From contig JBAXXY010000002.1 in the NCBI GenBank assembly GCA_037127655.1, forward strand, positions 1-58,050: a stretch of DNA of 58,050 nucleotides. The letters run 5' to 3'. The notes beneath the pieces are model-generated. The model searched no databases, was not told where the DNA came from, and saw only the letters and a program-made list of their open reading frames with translations. Below, in pieces: positions 39,162-47,314 of the stretch (position 1 is the first letter of the stretch; each line of letters begins with the position of its first letter). Position numbers and translations under genes: made by a program. The DNA is from Lentisphaerota bacterium (GTDB lineage Bacteria; Verrucomicrobiota; Lentisphaeria; Victivallales; GWF2-38-69).

Positions 39162-39947
39162 ATGAGTTTTATTGTTGGTGAAATTAATGGCAAGATAGCA
39201 TCTCTGAGCCTTAATAACGAAAAAAAACTTAACGCTTTGAGTTCGGAAGTGGTTAATGACGCTGTCGCTTTTATCAAGGAATGCAAAGAAAAGAAAGTAC
39301 TTGTGCTCCTTCTTAAAGCCCAGGCAAACAAACACAATGTCTGGTCAGCAGGACACGATGTTTCCGAACTGCCTATAGGCCGTAGAGATCCCCTCGGATA
39401 CGATGACTCCCTTGAAGTTCTTCTTCGCTCAGTTAAGGAATTTCCCGGTCCTGTCATCGGTGTAGTAAGAGGCAGTGTATGGGGTGCGGCATGCGATCTG
39501 ATAATGACATGCGACTTGGTTTATGCAGATAAAACTTCGACATTTGCTATTACTCCTGCAAAACTAGGCGTGCCTTACAATCCTTCAGGAATACAACATT
39601 TCGTCAACCGTATCGGACTTAATATGGCCAAAGAAATGTTCTTTACCGCTCAGCCTGTTGATTGCGCTATTGCTGAAAAATGGGGAATCGTTAACAGGAT
39701 TTTTGAAGTAGAAGAACTCGATGCCAAAGTCATGGAAGTTGCTCAGAAAATCTGTGCTAATGCTCCGCTGGCTGTACAAGTTTCAAAACAGCAAATTAAT
39801 ATGCTTTCAGACTCAATGTCAGCAATGAATCCGGTAACTTTCGAATTGCTTCAGGGACTCCGCCGTAAAGTTTACGACAGCCATGATTACGCAGAAGGCA
39901 TTGCATCCTTCAAGGAAAAGAGAAAACCTGTCTATACTGGAGAGTAA
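39162..39947 (+). CDS. scpB: crotonase-fold methylmalonyl-CoA decarboxylase (ScpB/YgfG-like), copy 1
   Basis: Collinear with E. coli YgfG as I recall it: KLNALS, SAGHDVSELP, RDPLGYDD, GSVWGAACDL, GVPYN and KEKRKP. Confidence 0.8.
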   Translation: MSFIVGEINGKIASLSLNNEKKLNALSSEVVNDAVAFIKECKEKKVLVLLLKAQANKHNVWSAGHDVSELPIGRRDPLGYDDSLEVLLRSVKEFPGPVIGVVRGSVWGAACDLIMTCDLVYADKTSTFAITPAKLGVPYNPSGIQHFVNRIGLNMAKEMFFTAQPVDCAIAEKWGIVNRIFEVEELDAKVMEVAQKICANAPLAVQVSKQQINMLSDSMSAMNPVTFELLQGLRRKVYDSHDYAEGIASFKEKRKPVYTGE

Positions 39948-39982
39948 ATATTGCCATAATTAGCTCAATATCTAAAATCCCT

Positions 39983-40480
39983 GTGAGAGACAAAACTATG
40001 GAAAAGGTTTTAGGCAGATTCAGGACAAAGACCGAACTCATCACAGGTATTTATTCTTCTGAACATAAAACATCTAAACACGATGAGTTTGACTCGATAA
40101 GAAGAAGGACAAATGACTTTGCCGCAAAGCATGGCAGAAGACCTAGAATATTGATTGCTAAAATTGGGCAGAATGGGCAAGATAAACGCAGCAAGATTAT
40201 TGCTACAGCATTTGCAGACTTTGGTTTCGATGTTGATTTGAGCCCGATGTTCGTAACTCCTGAAGCAGCAGCCATTATGGCTGTGGATAATGATGTGCAC
40301 GCAATCGGCATTTTATCTTTGGATGCAACGCGCAAAGACATTGTTCCGGCAGTCACAGTTGAACTAAAAAAACTTGGCTGTCCTGAAATTAAAGTTTTCA
40401 TTGAAGAAATTGTGCCAAATTCGGATTTATTAAAATGCGCTAATGAAGTTTTGAACGAACTAAATATAAATAAAGCATAG
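39983..40480 (+). CDS. free-standing degenerate copy of the mutase linker plus B12-binding domain (cobalamin ligand motifs lost)
   Basis: Aligns to mutase residues from AMEKVFGRY onward (about 60-65% aa identity by eye). DxHxxG is NGQDKR, SSL is LSL, and GGVIP is EEIVP. The C-terminus is truncated. An in-frame ATG at 39998 coincides with the internal Met of the parent. Confidence 0.6.
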   Translation: MRDKTMEKVLGRFRTKTELITGIYSSEHKTSKHDEFDSIRRRTNDFAAKHGRRPRILIAKIGQNGQDKRSKIIATAFADFGFDVDLSPMFVTPEAAAIMAVDNDVHAIGILSLDATRKDIVPAVTVELKKLGCPEIKVFIEEIVPNSDLLKCANEVLNELNINKA

Positions 40481-40488
40481 GGGGATTT

Positions 40489-41268
40489 ATGTCACTAATA
40501 ATTAAAGAAATTCATGATAACATCGGCGTTATCACTCTAAATGACCCGAAGAGGCTCAATTCTTTGAGCGCTGAAATAATTGAAGAGATTATAACAGCTT
40601 TCAAGGAGTTTAAAGTCCAGAAACTCAGAGCCGTTGTTTTAAAAGCAATGAAAGGCGTAAATGTTTTCTCTGCAGGACACAATGTCAGAGAACTGCCAAT
40701 GGGGATTATAGACCCACTCACTTATGGCGACCCACTCAGACAAGTCATCAGGACTATACAAAAACACCCCTGCCCTGTTATAGCAATGATAGAAGGGAGT
40801 GTCTGGGGTGGAGCATGCGAAATGGTCATGAGCTGCGATATACTCATCGCTTCAGACAAATCCACATTCGCAATCACTCCGGCAAAACTTGGCGTTCCTT
40901 ACGACATTGTAGGCGTCCTGAATTTCATGAAAAGCGTTAATCTACCTCTGATAAAAGAGATTCTTTTTACAGCTCAACCTATCTCTGCCGCCAGAGCCGT
41001 ATCTATCGGCATGATTAACCATGCTGTACCGATCGAGGAGCTGGAGAAAACTACAGCCGATATGCTCAGTATCATCATTAAAAACGCTCCATTGGCTATA
41101 TCCGTGATGAAAGAAGAATTAAGAGTTCTTTCCAATGCTATACAACTAAATCCAAATGCATTCGAAAAGATTCAGTCAGGCCGCAGACATGTTTACAACA
41201 GTTCTGATTATAAAGAAGGATTGCAGGCATTCTTCGATAAAAGAAAACCTGTCTTTAAAGGCGAATAG
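40489..41268 (+). CDS. scpB: crotonase-fold methylmalonyl-CoA decarboxylase (ScpB/YgfG-like), copy 2
   Basis: RLNSLS, SAGHNVRELP, IDPLTYGDPLRQ, GSVWGGACEM, GVPYD, LAISVMKEELRVL and DKRKP. Closer to E. coli YgfG than copy 1. Confidence 0.85.
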   Translation: MSLIIKEIHDNIGVITLNDPKRLNSLSAEIIEEIITAFKEFKVQKLRAVVLKAMKGVNVFSAGHNVRELPMGIIDPLTYGDPLRQVIRTIQKHPCPVIAMIEGSVWGGACEMVMSCDILIASDKSTFAITPAKLGVPYDIVGVLNFMKSVNLPLIKEILFTAQPISAARAVSIGMINHAVPIEELEKTTADMLSIIIKNAPLAISVMKEELRVLSNAIQLNPNAFEKIQSGRRHVYNSSDYKEGLQAFFDKRKPVFKGE

Positions 41269-41372
41269 GTTAAAAAATTTTGAACAATATGGAGGGCATT
41301 GCTTCGTCAAGGCCGAAAGAATAGTGGACGATACGGAGCTCGTCCCTCCACAAATATCAGGGAGAAAACAAT

Positions 41373-42851
41373 ATGGCTATAAATGGGTTCAGGGAATTAA
41401 CAGCTCAGGAAGCGGCATCTTACATAAAAAATGGTGATATGCTTGGATTCAGCGGTTTTACCGCCGCCGGATCACCAAAAATAGTCCCAAGAGCAATCGC
41501 TCAGATGGCAAAAGAGTTCCATGTTCAGGGTAAAGATTTCAAAGTAGATGTTATCTCTGGGGCATCTACAGGCAAATCAGTAGATGAAACTCTTGCCCAA
41601 GCCGATGCTATTTATCACCGTTACGGCTACCAATCATCTTCGACTCTCAGACAGAAGATAAACGAAGAAAAAGTTCTGTTTCAGGACATCCATCTCTCTC
41701 ATGTCTCTAAATATATTGCGATGGATAGAATCCGTAGTGTAAATACGGCTATTATCGAAATATGTGATGTAACTGCTGACGGAAAAGTCTATCTTACAAC
41801 GGGTATCGGTGTCTCTCCTATACTTTTAGAAAAAGCTGAAAAAGTCATCTTTGAACTCAATTCGTTCCACTCTCCAAGACTGCGTGAAATGAGCGATGTT
41901 GTTGTCCTTCATGGCCAAAATTCCTGGCCTAAAGGGCTGGAAACCCCGCTTAGCAAAGTCGGAACACCTTATACGCTGGTTGATCCGGCAAAGGTTATTG
42001 GAATAGTCAGAAACAATGAACCAGATGAAGTGTCTGAATTTTCTGAATCTGATGAGGTTTGCATAAAGATTGCAGAAAATGTAGAAAAGTTTCTTCTCTC
42101 TGAAATGGAGAAGGGATCTATTCCTAAATCATTCCTTCCTATCCAGAGCGGAGTAGGCAACATAGGCAATGCCGTCATGAAAAAACTCGGTGAATGTCCT
42201 GAAATTCCTCCTTTCTATATGTACACAGAAGTTCTTCAAGACTCTCTTATTTCGATAATGCAGAGCGGTAAATTGCTTGGGGCAAGCACATGCGCTTTGA
42301 CTGTTACGACTAAAAGTCTTAACCAGATATATGCAAATATGGACTTCTTCGCAAAACGCATTGTGTTAAGACCTCAGGATGTATCTAATAATATTATTGC
42401 AGCATCGCAACTGGGCGTAATATCTATCAATACAGCGCTGGAAGCCGATATTTATGGTAATGTCAATTCCACGCATGTGGCAGGGACAAAACTAATGAAC
42501 GGCATAGGCGGAAGCGCCGACTTCTCAAGAGGTGCATATATATCAATGTTTATTTGCCCTTCTATAGCAAAAGGCGGCAAGATTTCATCAATTGTCCCGA
42601 TGTGCCCTCATATAGACAGTTCAGAGCACTCAGTCCAGATAATCATCACCGAAAATGGTATTGCAGACCTCAGAGGCAAAGCTCCTGCAGAAAAAGCAGA
42701 ACTATTAATAAATAATTGCGTCCATCCTCTTTACAAGGATTATCTTATGAACTATCTAAAATCCTCGAAACCTGGACACATTAGGCACAATCTTGAGAAA
42801 TGTTTTGAGCTTCATACTAACCTGTTAAGAACAGGCTCCATGCTACCTTAA
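41373..42851 (+). CDS. scpC: propionyl-CoA:succinate CoA-transferase (acetyl-CoA hydrolase/transferase family, ScpC/YgfH-like)
   Basis: Collinear with E. coli YgfH as I recall it: FSGFTAAGSPK, LPIQSGVGNIGNAV, NSTHVAGTKLMNGIGGSADF, SIAKGGKISSIVPMC and SEHSVQIIITENGIADLRG. Confidence 0.9.
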   Translation: MAINGFRELTAQEAASYIKNGDMLGFSGFTAAGSPKIVPRAIAQMAKEFHVQGKDFKVDVISGASTGKSVDETLAQADAIYHRYGYQSSSTLRQKINEEKVLFQDIHLSHVSKYIAMDRIRSVNTAIIEICDVTADGKVYLTTGIGVSPILLEKAEKVIFELNSFHSPRLREMSDVVVLHGQNSWPKGLETPLSKVGTPYTLVDPAKVIGIVRNNEPDEVSEFSESDEVCIKIAENVEKFLLSEMEKGSIPKSFLPIQSGVGNIGNAVMKKLGECPEIPPFYMYTEVLQDSLISIMQSGKLLGASTCALTVTTKSLNQIYANMDFFAKRIVLRPQDVSNNIIAASQLGVISINTALEADIYGNVNSTHVAGTKLMNGIGGSADFSRGAYISMFICPSIAKGGKISSIVPMCPHIDSSEHSVQIIITENGIADLRGKAPAEKAELLINNCVHPLYKDYLMNYLKSSKPGHIRHNLEKCFELHTNLLRTGSMLP

Positions 42852-42884
42852 TCGAAGGCGTCTCGCCAGTGTAAACCCATTCAT

Positions 42885-42915
42885 GACACGGGCAGAAATC
42901 CCGTGTCTGGTTTTT
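42885..42915 (+). terminator. Rho-independent terminator
   Basis: GACACGGG-cagaaat-CCCGTGTC followed by TGGTTTTT, between convergent genes. Confidence 0.75.
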
Positions 42916-42921
42916 AGAAGG

Positions 42922-44292
42922 CTATATAGATTTTGGCTCTGTTCTTCTGCTTAAAAGAGATGCCGCTGCACAGCTTATGACTGCATTCAGGAGATAAAGT
43001 ATTCCTGCAAAGAACGGCTCAAAAAGGAATAGAGCAAAGATTATCGGGCTTGCTGGTACATCCAATGGAACTAAAACCATCGCAATAAGTGATACCCACA
43101 TTGGCGCAGGCGCAGCCATAGATGACAACCCTGCAATAATTGAACACAAAACTACAACACCTATAACAGCAAAAGTAACCTGTACATTGTACAATTGCAG
43201 AGCAAAAACAGATGCAACTGCAATAAACATTATCGAACTGTGTATCTCGAAGCTCAACCAAAGCGGTACTGTAAGGTCAACTTTTTCTTTATCAAATCCA
43301 AGATCATCAGTCATACCTCTGATCAGCGATGGTATGGCTATCAGATTATTTTCAGCCACAAAAGATAGAAACATCGGTTCTTTAAGAGTTTTAAATATCA
43401 AAGATAATTTCTTACGGGAAGTATATTTTATAATAAATATGCATATAACAAAAATAATCAGAATCACCAGCGATATAAGTAATCCTAGCCTAAGCAAAGA
43501 TACAACTATTTTAAAGTCAAGGCCAATAGTTTGTTCAGCCATTATCGCAATCAACCCAAACGGCAAAAAATAGAGAAGAAATGTCAGCAGCGCATTAAAA
43601 GTTTCAAATAGATTATCCAGAAATCCTATCAGCGAAGTTGCAGTCTTTGAATGCATATATTTGAGTATAATTCCGAAGATAATGGAAAATATCAGAATCT
43701 TTACAGTTTCATTCTCAGATAAAGCATTAAAGATATTCTCTGGGAAAAAATCAACTATTATATCTTTTATACCCCTAGCCTCTTCAACTTTATTATCATC
43801 AGAGTATATCTTGTGCACAAAATAGAATGCTTTCAAAGCATCTCTCTTGCCCTGAATAGGTTTAGATTCATTTTTCATTATAAGTCGCCCCATGCTTTTC
43901 ACTGTTTCATTATTTGGAGCAGTAATCGGCGAAACCATATATGAAGCAGCTATGCTAATAAGTGAGATTAGAAGAAAAGTAAGTACTAAGGCAGAGAAAA
44001 TCTTAACGACATATGAGGCTGAACCATTGCGTGTAGAAATTTTACCGATACTTGAAATAATTATTGCCGGAAGCATTATGGTACAGCACATAACCAATAA
44101 TTTGACATATATTTTTCCGATTGGCTTGATAGCCATAGCGCAGTCGGGAAGATATATTCCTACCAGACCGCCTGCTATTAATGAGAATATTACTACCCAT
44201 TGATTTGTAAGAAATTTCTTAAACTTTTCCATGAATCTTGCTATGCCTTTAGTTTGCTTATTCGCATTTGTAAACATCAGGATATTTTTCAA
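42922..44292 (-). CDS. divergent dicarboxylate/amino acid:cation symporter (DAACS/SDF)-like transporter
   Basis: Polytopic membrane protein whose layout parallels DAACS (N-terminal WVVIFSLIAGGLVGIYLP, re-entrant-loop-like segments). The canonical SSAATLP and NMDG motifs are degenerate. The start is uncertain (TTG 44292, ATG 44277 or ATG 44232). Confidence 0.45.
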   Translation of the reverse strand: MKNILMFTNANKQTKGIARFMEKFKKFLTNQWVVIFSLIAGGLVGIYLPDCAMAIKPIGKIYVKLLVMCCTIMLPAIIISSIGKISTRNGSASYVVKIFSALVLTFLLISLISIAASYMVSPITAPNNETVKSMGRLIMKNESKPIQGKRDALKAFYFVHKIYSDDNKVEEARGIKDIIVDFFPENIFNALSENETVKILIFSIIFGIILKYMHSKTATSLIGFLDNLFETFNALLTFLLYFLPFGLIAIMAEQTIGLDFKIVVSLLRLGLLISLVILIIFVICIFIIKYTSRKKLSLIFKTLKEPMFLSFVAENNLIAIPSLIRGMTDDLGFDKEKVDLTVPLWLSFEIHSSIMFIAVASVFALQLYNVQVTFAVIGVVVLCSIIAGLSSMAAPAPMWVSLIAMVLVPLDVPASPIIFALFLFEPFFAGILYLLNAVISCAAASLLSRRTEPKSI

Positions 44293-45211
44293 TCAAATCT
44301 TCAAGTTCGTAATTCACATCGTGCATTTCCAGGTAGGAGTTAATTAATGACAGCAAGTTAGGATTGATAGGAGACACGGCTATTCCTTTTGAAACTTTAA
44401 GATCGGCCAAAACATACATCGTGAAATGAAGAGCAATTTCTGGAAATTTTCTGGCAACTGCAGCAAACTCATTACTGTCACCGAAACCGACTAAGATTTT
44501 ATGTTTTTGCAAATCGCCAAATCCATCGCCATTAGGCGGATACTTGACCAAAGTTGCTTTGGGGAAATCTAATTGAGCAAATTCTACATAAGCCGTCTCG
44601 CTTTCCACACCAATCTTAACATCATTTTCCTGCAAATATTTAAATGGGTTTTTCTCTATTCCAAGTCTCTTCAAGTCATCATTATTCATAATAATAGTAT
44701 GGTAAAAAACTGCATAAGATTTAGAAAAATAGACATACTTCATCCTTTCAAAACTCCGGCTGAGATCTCCTACTGCAATGTCAATTTCTCCTGAGGCAAG
44801 CATCTTAAAGAGTTCAATTATATTTTGAGCCTTGTAATTAAATTCAGGCTTAACTCCTATGTTCTTACAGAAGTCCTTCGAAATTTCTATATCAAGTCCT
44901 GAAAATTCACCTTTGGGATTCTCTATTATAAAGGGCTCATTACTGCTGAATGTATTGACGCCAATTCTCAGAGTGCCTCTTTTCACAATCTTTCCTATGT
45001 CTGGAAAGTAATCAAGAAAAGGAGATGGAGTATTGATCTGATTGGCTGTAGCACTGTCATAGTCGATAACTTTGTGAATGTTTTGAGGTTCAGTAAAAGC
45101 CAAAGCAGATTTATCCTTATTTCTATGGCTGTCAGATATAGTACTATCAGAAAAGAGACAGACAGGTAAAAGAGACAAAGATAACATCAGGTAACAAAAT
45201 AGCTTTTTCAT
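44258..45211 (-). CDS. periplasmic solute-binding protein, family 3 (amino-acid-type SBP)
   Basis: Signal peptide from MKKLFCYL. LRIGVNTFSSNEPFIIENPKGEFSGLDIEISKDFCKNIGV is the classical SBP_bac_3 N-lobe. The longest ORF extends to 45271. Confidence 0.75.
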   Translation of the reverse strand: MKKLFCYLMLSLSLLPVCLFSDSTISDSHRNKDKSALAFTEPQNIHKVIDYDSATANQINTPSPFLDYFPDIGKIVKRGTLRIGVNTFSSNEPFIIENPKGEFSGLDIEISKDFCKNIGVKPEFNYKAQNIIELFKMLASGEIDIAVGDLSRSFERMKYVYFSKSYAVFYHTIIMNNDDLKRLGIEKNPFKYLQENDVKIGVESETAYVEFAQLDFPKATLVKYPPNGDGFGDLQKHKILVGFGDSNEFAAVARKFPEIALHFTMYVLADLKVSKGIAVSPINPNLLSLINSYLEMHDVNYELEDLIEKYPDVYKCE

Positions 45212-45367
45212 ATATAAAATTAGACCAATCGTCTTAATTAAAAATTTTATCATTATAAATACTTCAGTCAATTCTAGCCAATATCAATTAAATCACAATT
45301 TAGAATATTCAGTTTCTGCTGACTTGTTGCTATAATCAATGAAAGATAAGTCAGAAAGGGAGATTCT

Positions 45368-46384
45368 ATGAAGTTCATAAGACCTGAAGATTATAAAAAT
45401 GAGATACTAAAAGGCAATAAAGTCGCTCTAGCCAAAGCAATTACCGTCATCGAAAGCACCCTGCCCGCCCATCAGAAAATGGCTTCTGAAATACTCTCTG
45501 CTATACTTCCTGCTACAGGTAATTCTGTGCGGATCGGGATAACAGGCGTTCCCGGCGCAGGTAAAAGCACTTTCATCGAGGCTTTAGGTCTTTATTTAGT
45601 CGAGCAAAAATATAAAGTAGCAGTCCTGGCTATTGACCCAAGCAGTTCTGTCACACATGGCTCAATCCTTGCAGATAAAACCAGAATGGAGGATTTGTCT
45701 GCATCTCCGAATGCCTTCATAAGACCATCTCCTTCATCATCTCATTTAGGTGGGGTGGCTCAGAAAACAAGAGAAACCATGTTCCTGTGCGAAGCGTCGG
45801 GGTATGATGTAATAATCATCGAGACAGTAGGCGTAGGTCAATCCGAAATCACCGCTGCATCAATGGTTGATTTCTTTCTGCTCCTCATGCTTCCAAATGC
45901 CGGAGATGAACTTCAAGGCATTAAAAAAGGCATAGTCGAGCTTGCCGATGCCATCGTAGTAAACAAGGCAGACAAACATAATATGCAAAATGCTCTGCTC
46001 GCCCAGAAGATATACGAAAATGCGCTCCATATCCTAAATCCGCTTTCGCAAACATGGAGCCCGCCAGTTCTGACAACAAGCGCCATAGAAAAGAGAGGTT
46101 TCTCTGAAGTCTGGGAAACTATTCTGATACATAACAAAAAATTCAAAGAGTCAGGCGAACTCCAGCAGAAAAGACAGAAACAATCCATCGCATGGATGTG
46201 GAATCTGCTGGACGATAAATTCACTAATCACATTTTTGCAATTCCTGAAGTAAAAGAAGCTGTCCAGAATATGTCTTCTGATATAGATAAGAATAAAATC
46301 TCCGCAGAAGAAGCATCAGATCATATTTATAATACATATATTAAAAGTGTTGTGCACCGGCGAACAAAGAAGGAGGATGAATAA
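45368..46384 (+). CDS. meaB: methylmalonyl-CoA mutase-associated G-protein chaperone (MeaB/ArgK)
   Basis: P-loop GVPGAGKST, ETVGVGQSE and VNKADK (NKxD). 338 aa. Confidence 0.9.
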   Translation: MKFIRPEDYKNEILKGNKVALAKAITVIESTLPAHQKMASEILSAILPATGNSVRIGITGVPGAGKSTFIEALGLYLVEQKYKVAVLAIDPSSSVTHGSILADKTRMEDLSASPNAFIRPSPSSSHLGGVAQKTRETMFLCEASGYDVIIIETVGVGQSEITAASMVDFFLLLMLPNAGDELQGIKKGIVELADAIVVNKADKHNMQNALLAQKIYENALHILNPLSQTWSPPVLTTSAIEKRGFSEVWETILIHNKKFKESGELQQKRQKQSIAWMWNLLDDKFTNHIFAIPEVKEAVQNMSSDIDKNKISAEEASDHIYNTYIKSVVHRRTKKEDE

Positions 46385-46386
46385 AT

Positions 46387-47304
46387 ATGAAAAGGCTAAT
46401 TAGGTTTCTACTGATTTTAACCCTGATAGCATTGCCTGTTATTTCTTATTCTGAGCAAATAAATATTTTTGTATTGAACACGGGAGATATACATGAAAGC
46501 TCAAAAAATCTTAGCAAAATAAAATCTTTTATTGATGCTGAGAGAAATAACCATAAATATGTAATTGTGGTGGATGCTGGCGATATGTTGTCTCATTGGA
46601 CTCCTAAATCACGCGCTCCTTTTGCAGAGCCAAACAGAGATTTGGCTTTGGCAAGAAAAGATAAGAAAGATGATAAAAGCATTAACCAGATGTACAGCTG
46701 GGCGTCTGGAATGAATTATGATGCAATGATTATTGGAAACCATGATTTTGATGGTGGAATAGATTTATTGAAAAACTTTCCAAAACTTCCCTTCATCTGC
46801 GCCAACTTAGAATATCCTAACAAAAATCCCCATTATTTGGGAAAAAGCGGACAGATACCTCAGTATAAAATTATCAACCTGGAAGATGGAGTTAAAATTG
46901 GCATAATAGGCATATCTGAACAATCTGGAAATGACCCAAATGACCCCAATAAAGATTACCATTTTCCCACACCAAATGATAAAAAAGCTTTAACTGCCCA
47001 TTTTGTTTATAATGATACGATGAAAAAACTAATAGATGAAGTCGCTAAGCAATCAGATTTCATAATTCTGCTCAGCCACAACAGAGATGATGTGGACAGA
47101 GATTCTCTAGCGGCCCTGAAAAATGATAAAATCTGCGCAATTATCGGAGGTCATTCACACAAGATACTAACTGAAAATAATGTAAAAGGTAAAACGCTAA
47201 TTAAATCCGGTGTGGAAGGAAGCAATGTCGGCAGCACTATGATTACATGGGATACAGGAAAGCAAAAAGTCATCAATGTATCTATCAAAAACTTCTCAAT
47301 GTAG
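46387..47304 (+). CDS. secreted calcineurin-like metallophosphoesterase (5'-nucleotidase N-domain-like)
   Basis: Signal peptide plus the ordered motifs NTGDIHE, DAGD, GNHDFD and GGHSH. Confidence 0.75.
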   Translation: MKRLIRFLLILTLIALPVISYSEQINIFVLNTGDIHESSKNLSKIKSFIDAERNNHKYVIVVDAGDMLSHWTPKSRAPFAEPNRDLALARKDKKDDKSINQMYSWASGMNYDAMIIGNHDFDGGIDLLKNFPKLPFICANLEYPNKNPHYLGKSGQIPQYKIINLEDGVKIGIIGISEQSGNDPNDPNKDYHFPTPNDKKALTAHFVYNDTMKKLIDEVAKQSDFIILLSHNRDDVDRDSLAALKNDKICAIIGGHSHKILTENNVKGKTLIKSGVEGSNVGSTMITWDTGKQKVINVSIKNFSM

Positions 47305-47314
47305 GAGGCAAATC

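Noticed and set aside
44233-44292. Longest-ORF start (TTG at 44292) of the DAACS-like transporter, overlapping the upstream SBP gene by 35 nt.
   Set aside because: Not rejected outright, but doubtful. In-frame ATGs at 44277 and 44232 give more conventional spacing, and the true start cannot be decided from sequence alone.
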